Positions 38,290 to 52,100 of a DNA stretch of 64,000 bases are shown piece after piece. The stretch is from the NCBI RefSeq assembly GCF_006345805.1, contig NC_042999.1, forward strand, positions 160,704,001 to 160,768,000, read 5' to 3'. The notes beneath the pieces were generated by a model. That model made no database searches. It worked only from the letters and a program-made list of their open reading frames with translations, and was not told the DNA's origin. The number at the start of each line of letters is the position of its first letter. Position 1 is the first letter of the stretch. Made by a program: the position numbers and the translations under genes. Origin of the DNA: Octopus sinensis. Its lineage: Eukaryota.

Positions 38290-38800
38290 GGGGGCTGTTA
38301 TGTAGATAGATGTATGTATGTGTGAGTGTGTGTATATGTATATGCACTTGTATGTAGGCATGTGGATATGAATGCAAACAGATAGACATACAGATGGATA
38401 AGTACATAGGTTATAAGAACAGACAAGTACACATACATACACATGTACAAATGAAGACTGAAACACATGACCATATACACACACACTTCATTTCACACAA
38501 GGACACATATGGAGACACACGTCCATACATATGGAGATACACAGGCATACATACAGACACAATACATACTTGCAAAAAAAAAAAACCATACACACACTCA
38601 GTCATGCACACATAAGGAGACAGAGGTACACACACACACACACACATACACACATGAGTATGCAGGCAGAATACATACATACAAACGTACATGCATACAT
38701 ATATATATAAATATGCATACACACACATACATGCATGCATACATACGTACATACATACATACATGTGTATGCACACACACACATGCACACAAACAAACAA
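38290..38800. repeat. CA/TA-rich cryptic low-complexity tract after the PLE ORF
   Basis: Degenerate (CA)/(TACA)/(CATA) runs. Confidence 0.85.
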
Positions 38801-39413
38801 AAAGAACACAGCTTCAATAACGGACAGAACCAACAACTATTGAAAAGGTTGCAAGACGCAACAAAAATTTTAGAAAAACAAAAAAGGAAATGAGTGGAAA
38901 TTTTATCAGTGAGTGTGTTAAATTACAAGGTACTAAAAAAGAATGACTCTCCCCAGACACCAAAGAATATGCTTCAACACATTAATGCACATAAAGAATC
39001 TTGCAAACCAAATCCAAAAACAAAATATATTATAAACATTACTGCATATTTTAGTGATGTAAATTCTATAGGAATACTAAATGTAATTCAAGCTTCTTTC
39101 TACAAGTCATATATATATTGTATATATCAGTAGGATTCATAAGTTGTGATAAGAGAGGAGGAAATTATTTAAACAGAAGAGTCAAATTACTACAATCAAA
39201 TTTAATCTGTATCCTTTGAGATTCAGTGAAATAAATACCAGGTCTAAACTCAATCAATACGTTTGACTGTTTCTTCTGTAAATTATATTGAGTTATCAGA
39301 GATCACTGTAAATTATGGAAAAAAAATTGTAATGGAATTTCATCCCTGAGTAATAATTATAAAAACTACCTGTATAATTTATCTATGAATAGGAAAATAG
39401 GAATAGGCTTAAC

Positions 39414-39536
39414 CTGTGGATGTTGACTTTTCACTTGTATTACTGCTAAATGAAGACTCCATGTCAGAACCTATTGTGACACTTTTATTACTTGCTTTCA
39501 AGGAATAATACATTTCATCTCCAGAAACAAAGTCAT
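39414..39536 (-). CDS. ATG2: ATG2 exon: DDFVSGDEMYYSLKASNKSVTIGSDMESSFSSNTSEKSTST
   Basis: Acceptor gatgtttttcag, donor G|gttaag; phase 1-1 fits neighbours. Confidence 0.85.
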
Positions 39537-40951
39537 CTGAAAAACATCAAATGTCATATAAATTGGCATCATGAAAATAACATGCAATAACAAACACGAC
39601 ATAACACTAAAACATACAAACTGTGTTCATGTATCATCATCATCAGCAGCAGCAGCATTTAACGTCTGTCTTTCATGTTGGCATAGGGTGGACAGTTTGA
39701 CAGGAGCTGGCAAGCCAGAAAACTGCACCAGGCTTCACTGTCTATTTTGGCATAGTTTTTACAGCTGGATGCCCTTGCTAACACCAATGACCTTACAGAA
39801 TGGACCAAGTGCTTTTTACATGGCACCAGCACTGGTAAGGTCTGTTTTGGTATGGATTTTAAAATCTGTGTTGAATGGAATCATGAAGCAGAATGAGGGG
39901 GAGTCCTATCAGGCAATAATCTAAGGTTATTCAATAATTATGAATTCAAACTCAGTATGACACAAAACTAAATTGCATTAAGTAATCATCTGACTGCTTA
40001 CGTTAACACTAAGGGACAAAACGTTAGCTCTTCCACTAGGGACATAGAAGAACATTCCATTATATACAACTGCTGCAATATTTAATCATACCAACAAATA
40101 TGGAAACTAAATATGATTACAATTATATAAAGTACAAGCTAAATTCTCCTCGTAGGCGCAGGCATTGCTGTGTGGTTAGGGAGCTTGCTTCCTAGCTACA
40201 TGGTTTCGGGTTCAGTCCCACTGTGTGGCACTTTGGGTAGGTGTCTTCCGCTATAGCCCCGAGCCGACCGAAGCTTTGTGATTGAATTCAGCAGGCGGAA
40301 GTTACTACCGTGTGTGTATATGTGCGTGTAGGTGCTTGTGCCTCTCCGAAAGAGAGAGAGAGGGAAGCAAATCATAATAAACCCCAATGAAAACCTTTCA
40401 ACGTATGAAAATGGATGGAGTATTAATAAGATGAAAGATGCCCACACTTCTACATTCCACCCAACATTATAAAATACAATATTTCAGGAGAACATGCAAC
40501 ACAAAACCAACATAGCATTGCTAGTATAAGGGAATTGCATATGAACTTCAAGTATTCTGCAAGCTATCTTCATGTTGTAGGGTTGCAAAAGTGGAGCTGA
40601 TTGGGGATACACTCTCTCATGGAGATATTATAGTAAAAGAAATAGGAAATCTTCAAAAGATTTAATGTATGCCTAACAAAAGTATACATTGAAACCTCAT
40701 TTCCTATCAGAAAATCATATGAAGGTAAATAAAATGTTTGTTACTTTCATTTTGTATAGAAATGTCACAAAGTTACTATAAATGAACAACACCTGATCTA
40801 GCACAAACTGCAATCTTTTAGGTCATTTTCATTGAGAGCGTCTTCTTCATTCACAAAGATTTTCATGGTGGGATATATATATAATAATAACAATTAAAAT
40901 GTATTACTAAACAGCTGCTGATATCTGAAATTGTAATTAAAATAGATTTAC

Positions 40952-41131
40952 CTGGCCCATGGGAGCTTATGAGTACTTCTTCAGGAGCATCTGACATATT
41001 GGTCAGATGAGGCATCAAACGGTTGGAGAGAAGATGGTTCTGGAGCTGGTGTTCCACACGTAGATAATCTGTTTGTTTCATTGGTTTATTTGTAGTAGCA
41101 GAAAGACGACTGGGACTATATTCTGATGAAG
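40952..41131 (-). CDS. ATG2: ATG2 exon: ASSEYSPSRLSATTNKPMKQTDYLRVEHQLQNHLL...SHGP
   Basis: Acceptor ttttttaatgtccag, donor G|gtaaat; matches 'KSRPLGAEDLWLIEQDLNQQL'. Confidence 0.9.
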
Positions 41132-41761
41132 CTGGACATTAAAAAACCCAATTACAATTGAAGTTGAAAACTAAAAATTTTTCTTTAATGCTCTACAGTA
41201 GCTTCACAAAAACGTGTTTCTATTTCATTAATAAAACAATAGTTACAGTTTTCAAACGGAGTGCTGAACAGATATAAAAAGCAAAGATGAGTTATGATAC
41301 TCTTTTAATATCTTTAATGCTTACTTTGCATGTCAACTCAAAAATCTGTTTCCAACCTGTAGTAGATACTATATTTATTCATATATTAATGAGCACGCTT
41401 TTTACAGATTTTCAATTCTAAAAATTATGAGAAGCAAATGAATTTTTTGTGACAATATTCAGGATGGCATAAATTATATCTATTGTCAATATGGATTGAT
41501 GTGCAATGAAAAGTTTAAACCACTATAATATTGTTACAGTTTTTTTTTATGATAATGATAATACATTAAAGGTTCATTGTAGTTTATAAATGCGCCCATA
41601 GAATTAACATCAGTCAAGATTGTTTGCAGCATACTAACATATCAAAACAATTCAGAATAAAACTGAAACAGAAACAGCTAAATAATTAAACATACTTAGT
41701 TTCTGTTGATACGTTACTAACATACTGCAGTCCATATGTATATATATATGTATGTGTGCGT

Positions 41762-41814
<53 letters not shown>

Positions 41815-42339
41815 AATCCTAGGATGGAATTTATAAATATTTAATGCATCATTACGCGTGTTTCCACAAATCACATGACTTTTAGGATCATAGTCCATAT
41901 TCCTGGGATGATTACAGTGTAATCCATAGTATCTGTAGGAAACCAGTTGATCATCATCACTGATTCATTTCTTGAGGTGATATAACATTAGTGGATGAGC
42001 CACAGAGGAACGTCTTTCTCTTTTCACCAGTATGAAGGTCATCCTAGGATTACTGTTATTATTATTATATTCATCCTACATTATATTGGTACAACTTGAT
42101 GCAACCCCCAAAAACTGGCTCACTAGTCAGCATCATTAGACTGTAGCATGGCCACAGTCTAATGAGTGAAATGAGTAAAAGATAGAACTTAAAATATATG
42201 CTTGATTGAAAAGAGAGTTGAAGGAGTGATTCAACACTATCAATTCTCACTAGAAACAGGATGTATACTCATACAACAGGATATACTCATAAAACAATTA
42301 TTTTATTAAATTTCAACATTGTATAGAAAAATAACACAC

Positions 42340-42436
42340 CTGATGATGTGAAACAAGACAGAATCTCTAAGAGCACATGAACTTGACGGGGACCCATTAA
42401 AATATCTAAAGATCCGACTTGAAGGTCAACTTCCAG
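42340..42436 (-). CDS. ATG2: ATG2 exon: LEVDLQVGSLDILMGPRQVHVLLEILSCFTSS
   Basis: Acceptor ttcttgatttcag, donor G|gtgtgt; matches 'LEVAGQLGSLHLLLTPRQLQQLQELL'. Confidence 0.93.
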
Positions 42437-42699
42437 CTGAAATCAAGAATATTCATATTAACAGAGATCAATATAAGTTTACTGAAGAAATAAAAATTAA
42501 TCTAAATTATATATCTAATTTCCATAGGTATGCGCATACTAATCTCTCCTCTTTCCCACCCCATCATTATCATCATCACCATTTTCATCATCATCGCATG
42601 GGTTGGATGAGTCTTCTCCCATCCAAGTATCTTACCAATTGTCACAGTTACTTGCTCTTCCCTACTTGAAACTCAGCCTCAACTTTCATCTCTGACCAT

Positions 42700-43280
42700 G
42701 TCTTCTTTGGTTTTCCAATGGTTTCTGATTACAAATATCTTGGGTCATACATATCATCATCTGGAAAAGACTTTCTAACTAGAAAGGGTATGGCCTGGTC
42801 AGCCTGTAATGACATGCATAAGATCTGGTCATCAAATCTAAGTAGAGACTTCAAACTTGAAATCTTCAAAGCCACAGTCAAACCAATTCTACTATATGGC
42901 TCAGAAACCTGGACGTTATCAAAGAAGCTTGAGAGGCGGTTGGATGGAACCTACACTCGCCTCCTTATGAGAGCTCAAAATCTCTTGTGGAAGTGCCATC
43001 CAACCAAAATGCAAATATATGGGAAACTATCACCTGTGTCATCTCTTGTGAAAGGTAGGAGAGTCCAGTTTGCTGGACAATGTTGTAGAGCTGAAAAAGA
43101 GGTAATTTCTACTCTTCTCCTCTGGAAGCCATCTACTCGCAATACCAGAGGGCACACACTCTCCTACCCTGATGTAATCTCCAGGGATACTGGCATCCAG
43201 CAACAGGACCTCCGTAATGCCATGATGGACCGTGAAGTCTGGCATAGCATGGTAAATTCCAATGTCTCGACCACGGTCGG
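42700..43280 (+). mobile_element. RTE/RTE-X LINE fragment (RT C-terminal region)
   Basis: DYKYLGSYI...ILLYGSETWTL...RRVQFAGQCCR...MMDREVW; a more decayed relative lies at ~53985-54330. Confidence 0.85.
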
Positions 43281-43825
43281 TCGAACTTCCATTTTCAACT
43301 TTTTTTTACTCAACTGTCATTCCCTATATGCATCACATATCAATTACAATGCAGTCTAAAGCTGCAAATTGGCAGAATCGTTAGCACACCAGACAAATGC
43401 TTAGCAGTATTTTGTCCATTTTTACATCCTGAGTTCAAACCCATCGAGGCCAACTTTACCTTACCAGTTGAGCACTGAGGTCAATGTAATTGACTTGACC
43501 CCTCTTCCAAAACTGCTAACCTTTGAAACCAATAACAATGTGGTTTTCTCTCTTTCACACTACATTTGATTCCTCTTACATCCAGAAATGTGCTCTGGTA
43601 TTTACATATGTTAACATTGCTCATTCAGCAGAATGTGTGTTAAATTTTACCTCCAGCTTTTGCAGGTTAATTCTGTTTACTTATTTTATATCCATTCTTC
43701 AACAGTGATGCACAGCAATGAAGTTAAAATTTTAAATTTCTCAGAATTTAGATATTACAAAGATTTCTAGGAACACAATTTTTGCAGTTATAATGTTCTT
43801 CTCCATATCAAATATTTGACTAATG

Positions 43826-44208
43826 TGGATGCGCAATGGCCCAGTGGTTAGGGCAGCGGACTCGCGGTCGTAGGATCACGGTTTCGATTCCCAGACCGGG
43901 CGTTGTGAGTGTTTATTGAGCGAAAACACCTAAAGCTCCACGAGGCTCCGGCAGGGGATGGTGGTGATCCCTGCTGTACTCTTTCACCACAACTTTCTCT
44001 CACTCTTACTTCCTGTTTCTGTTGTACCTGTATTTCAAAGGGCCGGCCTTGTCACTCTCTGTGTCACGCTGAATATCTCCGAGAACTACGTTAAGGGTAC
44101 ATGTGTCTGTGGAGTGCTCAGCCACTTACACGTTAATTCCATGAGCAGGCTGTTCCGTTGATCGGATCAACCGGAACCCTCATCGTCATAACCGACGGAG
44201 TGCTTCCA
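43826..44208 (+). mobile_element. SINE family D (tail type 1)
   Basis: Near-identical to 35695-36077. Confidence 0.85.
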
Positions 44209-44429
44209 CCCATTTGACTAATATTGTAAAACTGTGATCAATGAAATGATGAAAATAATGGAGCTGTGTGCAGGTTACTTTGGAAAGTTAGAGTAACCTG
44301 TAGACATAATACAAAAGAAATTAGGCAATGGAGATTACTATTAGAAAATAAAAACTAAGTACAACTGTATATTTTTTATCATTACAAATAGATTTACATT
44401 ACAGCTCCAAAGAAGAGAATTCTGTATAC

Positions 44430-44627
44430 CTTCGGTCCTGCAACAGCTTCATTTTGTTTCATTTTCATTTTAACTTCAGTAATTCCAGAGAGAGCAGCAA
44501 CATGAACTGAAGGTATGCCACTGGATGTAATTGCATTCAAAGAGAGTGGCTGCTGAGTTAACACATCAGGACTGTTCAAAGAACTGGATTTGCATAGGGG
44601 AGGGGAATTGTGGGCAGATTCAAACAG
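44430..44627 (-). CDS. ATG2: ATG2 exon: LFESAHNSPP...HVAALSGITEVKMKMKQNEAVAGPK
   Basis: Acceptor atttatatttcag, donor AAG|gtatac; diagnostic KQNE..GPK motif. Confidence 0.93.
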
Positions 44628-44715
44628 CTGAAATATAAATTCAAATAAGTATCATGAAACACATACACACACTTTATTAGATACATGCATTTATGTCTTT
44701 ATATGGTTGTATCTG

Positions 44716-45010
44716 GAGGCGCAGTGGCCCAGTGGTTAGGGCAGCGGACTCGCGGTCGTAGGATAGCAGTTTCGATTCCCAGACCGGGCGTTGTGAGTGT
44801 TTATTGAGCAAAAACACCTAAAGCTCCACGAGGCTCTGGCAGGGGATGGTGATCCCTGCTGTACTCTTTCACCACTCTTTCTTCTGTTGGCCTGCTCGCT
44901 TAGCCAGCGGGGTGGCGTCATTCGAAGACTAAAACAATGCGAACGCATTGTGACCAGCGATGTGTAACAACATCTGATGGTCTGGTCGGTCATGTGATCA
45001 TGTGATATGG
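44716..45010 (+). mobile_element. SINE family D (tail type 2)
   Basis: Family D head, then a different 3' half (gctcgcttagccagcggggtggc...catgtgatc); minus-strand copy at 56822-57138. Confidence 0.8.
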
Positions 45011-45679
45011 TTGTATCTAACCAACAGTGCTGCACTGTGGCTTTTCAATAGTTCCAGTAGTAAATAGATATCATAGGAAGCAACAAGTTACTGAAGTGAC
45101 CAACAGTAGAAAAATAAAATTGATGAATGTTTCATAACGCTCTCAACAATGTACTGTAAACTGATAAGCTATTCTTTTACCACTAAGCTTGTGTAAAAGG
45201 GTTGATGTAGAACAATAATAATTGTTCAGAAGAAAATCCCATGTTGCATCTAATATAACTTCATAATAGAAATATAATTGTCCATATGCAAAGGTTTGAG
45301 CCATTTAGTTATGAAGATCGATAAGAATGAGCTTTTTGATTTTGACTTAATTCATAACTTCAAACTTGTTAATTGCTTCGTTATATTCAATAATCATTAA
45401 TTGTGTTATGATACTTAAGGTGTGTGGCTAAGTGGTCAAGCAATTGTGGCGTGATTGCAGAAACGTTAGCGCGCCGGGCGAAATGCTTTCCAGTATTTCG
45501 TCTGCAGTTACGTTCTGAGTTCAAATTCCGCCGAGGTCGACTTTCCCTTTCATCCTTTCGGGGTCGATTAAATAAGTACCAGTTACGCACTGGGGTCGAT
45601 GTAATCGACTTAATCCATTTGTCTGTCCTTGTTTGTCCCCTCTGTGTTTAGCCCCTTGTGGGTAGTAAAGAAATAGGTC

Positions 45680-46200
45680 AGGGCATTAGACTCACAATCG
45701 TGAGTTTGATACCTGGTGGCTCATTCTGTCCTTGAGCAAGACTTTTTATTTCACGTTGCTCCAATCCATTCAGCTGGCAAAAATGAGTTGTACCTGTATT
45801 TTAAAGGACCAGCCTTGTCACATTCTGTGTCACACTGAATCTCCCTGAGAACTACATTAACCCTTTAGTGTTTAAACCGGCCATATCCAGCCCAAATATT
45901 CTACATATTTTATATTCAAACTGGCCATATCTAGCCTCTTGCACCTGACCTACATTGACATTCTAAAAATAGACAATCACATCATTGAAACCCCAAAGCT
46001 ATAAGATAATGCATGATTAATTCAAAACAATTTGAGTAAAAAAATATTACATTTAACAGAGTAATCTGAATACTAAAGGGTTAAGGGTATACGTGTCTGT
46101 AGAGTGCTCAACCACTTGTGCATTAATTCCTCAAGCAGGCTGTTCCATTGATTGAATCAAGTGGAACCTTTGTTGTTGTTGTTACCAACAGAGTCCCAGT
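45680..46200 (+). mobile_element. SINE with a different head but family-D tail 1, interrupted at TTAA by MITE E (45861-46080)
   Basis: gtccttgagcaagac head (also at 32240-32410); tail continues across the duplicated TTAA (actacattaa|...|ttaagggtatacg). Confidence 0.7.
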
Positions 46201-46978
46201 GTTTTCATACTTATTACCTATATTGTAATACAATATCTACAACGGTAATTTGCTATTTCACCATTATGGTGCTTAGTGGATAGACACAATACATGAGAGA
46301 AAGAGAAACAAACAGAGACACAATCAGAGTGAAAGGATAAAAAGATAATTTAGGTTAAAGACGACGATTTTTTTTTGTAAAATACTATCTTCTATCTTTT
46401 ATTTGTTTCAGTCATTATACTGCGGCCATGCTGGGGCACCACCTTGAGGAATTTTTAGTCAAATGAATCGACCCCAATACTCACTATTCTTTGTAAAGTC
46501 TGATATTTATGCTATTGGTTGGTGTATGTGTAACTTAGCAGTTACACAGACACACCAACACCAGTTGTCAGGCAGTGATGGAGGGCATGCACACACACAC
46601 ACACACACACCACGTGTTTGTATATATAGATACATATACAACAGGCTTTTTTTTTTGTTTCCATCAACCACTCACAAGACTTTGGTTGACTTGAAGCTGT
46701 AACAGAAGACATTTGCCAAAGGTGCCACACAGTGGGACTGAACTCCAAACCATGTGGTTGTGAAGCAAACTTCTTACCACACAGCCACACCTGTTTTATT
46801 AATTATATCTCTCTCTTTCCTCAGATTAAAGACGTCTTCTAAAACATTATTCTTGACCTCTCAATTTATGATATTCCGAAACTAAAAATACATTCTATTT
46901 CCCTGAGTTTCTTGGTCAGCATGAATGGAACAATGTCAACAGTTACAAATATACAAGAGGAAATGAAGTAAAACTAAC

Positions 46979-47180
46979 TTGTGTTGAAGAGTCACTCGAG
47001 CTGCTATGTGATGTGTTGTATAAATCGTCTGGATGAACTACACATTCTTCTATATGAAATGTCACGCCAGACAACTTGAAATTTTTGCAAGCAATAGCTG
47101 AAGGCTCCCACTTTTTCCTGCCAGAAGAAGGATCAGTTGCAACACTTTCGTTCACTGCCATATCATCAAAAAAGTCCATT
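46979..47180 (-). CDS. ATG2: ATG2 exon: MDFFDDMAVNESVATDPSSGRKKWEPSAIACKNFKLSGVTFHIEE...SSTQ
   Basis: Acceptor ttcttttgcttaacag, donor CAA|gttagt; inside ORF 46943..47281. Confidence 0.92.
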
Positions 47181-47358
47181 CTGTTAAGCAAAAGAAAATA
47201 TAAACAAAGATAAGATAGATATATCATATATATATATATATATATAGAAATTCGGGGTGAGTACTTCATAATTATAAGCACCTGTGTATACCGTTTGGTG
47301 GTGTAGGTGGTGGAGTAAATTGATCAAAATAAAATAAAAACATGATGCGAAGGATTCA

Positions 47359-47436
47359 GCGGTACATATGTTTCGGGCCTTTATTAGACAGATTTATAAC
47401 AATGCATAATGTATGTCTGTGGCCTTCTTCAGCCGC
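47359..47436 (-). ncRNA. Type I hammerhead ribozyme motif in the left PLE arm
   Basis: Reverse complement of 52990-53067. Confidence 0.72.
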
Positions 47437-49132
47437 GCACAACAGCTTCCACAAGGACATGTGTTACATCAAAAATTCTTGGTTGGGGATGCGAATCCTC
47501 TCATTCGCGTACGACATAATGCGGCAGCAGCATAGAATTGAAGCGTCCATCTCCTTCTTCTCTCAATGTAGAATGAGGAAAACTGGATGTTGAGGTAATG
47601 TAAATAAATAAATACATATATAGACGTGAAGATGGAGGGGCGAGAATTCGGGACCAGGGATAACAAATGTATAAAAGGTGTAAGTATAGAAAATATAAAA
47701 ATGTAGAGCATAAAGATATAAAGAGTTATAAGGAGATGTAAAGGGGGTATAAAGGATATAAAGAAATATAAAGAAATATAAGTAAATGTAAAGGCATAAG
47801 GTTATAAAGTGAAAATAGAAATAGAAATAAGAGTAAAAAAACATGATAAAAACATGATAAAAATGTAAAAGAATGTAAAGATAAGGGATGTATAGAGGTT
47901 ACGGACCAAGCATGGTGGTCAGGAGATTGATAAAATTTAGTTGTAGAATTGTCAGTAAATCAACAGTTTCGTCTGGGGACCTAATGTGTTGTAAATCAGA
48001 GTTGATGAGCATTTAATCTGGTTTCTTGAATTAAATGGACTTCTAGTACATACATATCATCATGGATACATACACCCACATACACGCGTACATATACGCC
48101 TCCAAGCCTATAAGCATACACACGCACTCGCGTGTAAACATGTACATAAACACACACGCACCCACATGCACGCGCGTACACACACATACATACAACAGAA
48201 TATCCGCATGCATACACGGACACTATATGCGTACACACTCACATGTACATACGCGCCCATCCCTACATACACACACGTATATGCCCACGCCTCTAGGTCT
48301 AGATATAAGATATTAAAGGATGTATATAAGAACGTATGTAAACAGTCACGTACTCATGTCTATACGTGCACGCACACACGGCTGTGTGTCCGTATGCGCG
48401 TGCACATATACACTCACATACACAGAGACACACGCGCATATGGGTATAGCTATAAGATATCGAAATATGCATGTACATATATGCGCGTGCATATGTATGT
48501 ATGCGTATACATACGTACGCGGACGCTCGTATAGTCAAAAAGTGGATCTATAGGTAAGTAAATAAACATATATAGAGGTATAAAGCGATAAGTTAGGGTT
48601 AAGAATGTGGGTAAGGGTAAAAATTAGAAATAAAAAAATACAGTATAAAAAATAAGAAATACAATGTAATAGTTAGAAATGAAATATAAGAATTATAAAA
48701 ATTATAAGAGTTAAGGTAAGGGATGAAAATAAAAATGAGAATAAATGGAAGTAGAATAAAAGTAAAACTAAAAATAAAAATAAATGGAAGTAGGATAAAA
48801 GTAAAAATAAAAGTAAAAATAAAAATAAAATAAAATAAGATAAAAATATAATTTGGTAAAATTTAACATGAGATGAAGGTGGTTGAAAGTTAGAGGTGTG
48901 TGTTAAACGTAGGGGCGGGTGGGGGGAACTGAAAATTGGAAGGGTGGGAAGTGGAGTTTGGCGGTGTGCGTTCAACATCCGAGTTAGAAATGTGAAAGGG
49001 TATAGATATAGGGAATTAAAGAGACTATATAGGGAGGATATGGGTGTAGGAGAAGAAATATTTAGGGAAAAGAAGTCATATATGGGAGACAAAATTTGTA
49101 TATATAGGAGGAAAATGCAGGGAACCGTATAT

Positions 49133-49169
<37 letters not shown>

Positions 49170-52100
49170 TGTATATATATATATATATGTACACACACGT
49201 ACACGTATGTGCACATACACATACATACACACACACATACGCATATACACGCACATATAGGAAAACGGGAAGTGCTGGAGCCGATAGGTTGCACCGGGTG
49301 GGAGGAAATTGCATGGGGGAGTTGGTATAAGACCTAAGCTTTGTAGTATTTGAAAGTATTAATAAGTTTGTGTATACAGGATGGTTTGAACTCTGACCTT
49401 TTGTTAATAAGATTGTGTTTGTCTTTGAATTTCAAGATGTTCAGGAGTTCTACACAACATAGTTGGCATCCTGCTCTATTATTTAAATAAGGTGCAGCTG
49501 ATCCGATGATGGACCATCTGAGTTTGAAGCCTATGCATTTGTCTTTTAATTCCCAAATTCTTTTAGAGAGGGAGGTGCTGTTAGCCTTATGTCTGTGTCT
49601 CAGCGAGGACCGGTGGTTGTAGTATCTGGATTTCCAGGAGGTTGAGCAACCAATATAGGTGAGTGTGTTAAACTGAGTACTCACCTCACATGAATATATT
49701 ACATTTTTCGCCCTACATGCGCCCTGCAGCGGGCACTCTGATGCACATCTGCAGTTGCATTGCATTGCATTATTCGGTCGTGTGCTGCTAATCCCAGGCG
49801 GAGATGTTGCAATACGAGTGGGGGCGTTGGTATCCTCCTGGTTGTTGATGGGTGTAGTATTTCCTCTGTTGTGTTGGCGGGTGTTATTACTAACTGTTTG
49901 GGTAGTATGGCTACCAGTCTGGTTATGTTGTCTACTGTCTAGATGAGGGGGGTTCTGTTGGTCGCTATGGTTTGCTCTTGATCTAGCTGTTCTAATATTA
50001 ATATAGTTATGTTTAGCTATGAGGCAGCTCATGTTGGGCAGGGTAGAGTAGGAAATCCTAATAGTTTTGTTGGAGAAGATACTTCTATACTTGTGGGTGG
50101 GTGGGAAGTTGTTGGAAATTATAGAGAATATTCTCTTACATAACTTACCCCTAACTGATAAGTTGTAAGGTATGTTGAACCATATATATTTGCGTAATCT
50201 ACTATTATCCCTTCTATTTCTCCTAATAGGATCTATATTGCTTTCGTCGGGAGGGTTACTATTGTGTGCTATTCTATTAGTTCGTCTATTTCCTATACGT
50301 TGTTTGGAGTTTAAATTAGAATTATCGCTAGTGTGAGTTGAGTGCTGAGTTCGATTATAATTGGGAGTTTTATGGCCGACGGACGCTCCCGGGTGGTCTA
50401 CATATGATATTCTCTGGTTATACCCGGCACTATAGAGAGCCTGGTTGTAGTGTTGTGCATGATTATTGAAAATTTCTCTATTAGAGGATAGTTTTGTCAG
50501 TCTGTCTGAGATGGCTTGGACCGTGGTGCTAATTATACAGGGTGGATGGTTGGAAGAGGTATGGATGTATTTGGTAGTCTCTTCGGGTTCCTATACGGGT
50601 GGTGAAGGTGCTTATTCAAATCTAACGTAACATCTAAGAAGTTTACTATTTTAGTATTGGTCATAAATTCTAGTTTAAGATTGAAGGATTTGAAAAAAAG
50701 CCTGATCTTTTTCCTAATTCTTTCTAGTTTACTCCTATTGTTGGTGGGGTATATGAAGAGAGCGTCGTCTCTGTATAGACCCCCCTGAAGATCCGGTACC
50801 TCAGAGAAAAGCTTCTTGAGCAGGTAGGCCCCGACCAGGTCAGTTACCTGAGCTGAATCGCTCGAGCCCATAGCCACATCGAAATTGTCGGGGGTATCGG
50901 ATCTGGTCCAGAGTCTACCGTCGAATTCTATTATGGTTTTTCTAGCAAACTCAGATGGTCCATCATCGGATCAGCTGCACCTTATTTAAATAATAGAGCA
51001 GGATGCCAACTATGTTGTGTAGAACTCCTGAACATCTTGAAATTCAAAGACAAACACAATCTTATTAACAAAAGGTCAGAGTTCAAACCATCCTGTATAC
51101 ACAAACTTATTAATACTTTCAAATACTACAAAGCTTAGGTCTTATACCAACTCCCCCATGCAATTTCCTCCCACCCGGTGCAACCTATCGGCTCCAGCAC
51201 TTCCCGTTTTCCTATATGTGCGTGTATATGCGTATGTGTGTGTGTATGTATGTGTATGTGCACATACGTGTACGTGTGTGTACATATATATATATATATA
51301 TACATGTGCGTGTGTGTGTGTGTGTGTGTGTGTATGTGCATATACGGTTCCCTGCATTTTCCTCCTATATATACAAATTTTGTCTCCCATATATGACTTC
51401 TTTTCCCTAAATATTTCTTCTCCTACACCCATATCCTCCCTATATAGTCTCTTTAATTCCCTATATCTATACCCTTTCACATTTCTAACTTGGATGTTGA
51501 ACGCACACCGCCAAACTCCACTTCCCACCCTTCCAATTTTCAGTTCCCCCCGCCCGCCCCTACGTTTAACACACACCTCTAACTTTCAACCACCTTCATC
51601 TCATGTTAAATTTTACCAAATTATATTTTTATCTTATTTTATTTTATTTTTATTTTTATTTTTATTTTTACTTTTATTCTACTTCCATTTATTCTCATTT
51701 TTATTTTCATCCCTTACCTTAACTCTTATAATTTTTATAATTCTTATATTTCATTTCTAACTATTACATTGTATTTCTTATTTTTTATACTGTATTTTTT
51801 ATTTCTAATTTTTACCCTTACCCACATTCTTAACCCTAACTTATCGCTTTATACCTCTATATATGTTTATTTACTTACCTATAGATCCACTTTTTGACTA
51901 TACGAGCGTCCGCGTGTATACGCATACATACATATGCACGCGCATATATGTACATGCATATTTCGATATCTTATAGCTATACCCATATGCGCGTGTGTCT
52001 CTGTGTATGTGAGTGTATATGTGCACGCGCATACGGACACACAGCCGTGTGTGCGTGCACGTATAGACATGAGTACGTGACTGTTTACATACGTTCTTAT

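Noticed and set aside
38394-38836. Cluster of 60-140-aa ORFs rich in H/T/Y/V/C/M
   Set aside because: Artefacts of CA/TA repeats; the same applies to poly-I/N/Y ORFs at 10419-10751 and 11517-11720
48673-49314. 213-aa and 200-aa (51158..51760) hydrophobic ORFs, plus the many mirrored ORFs in 47300-53100
   Set aside because: Translations of microsatellite and low-complexity PLE arm sequence, duplicated only because of the inverted repeat
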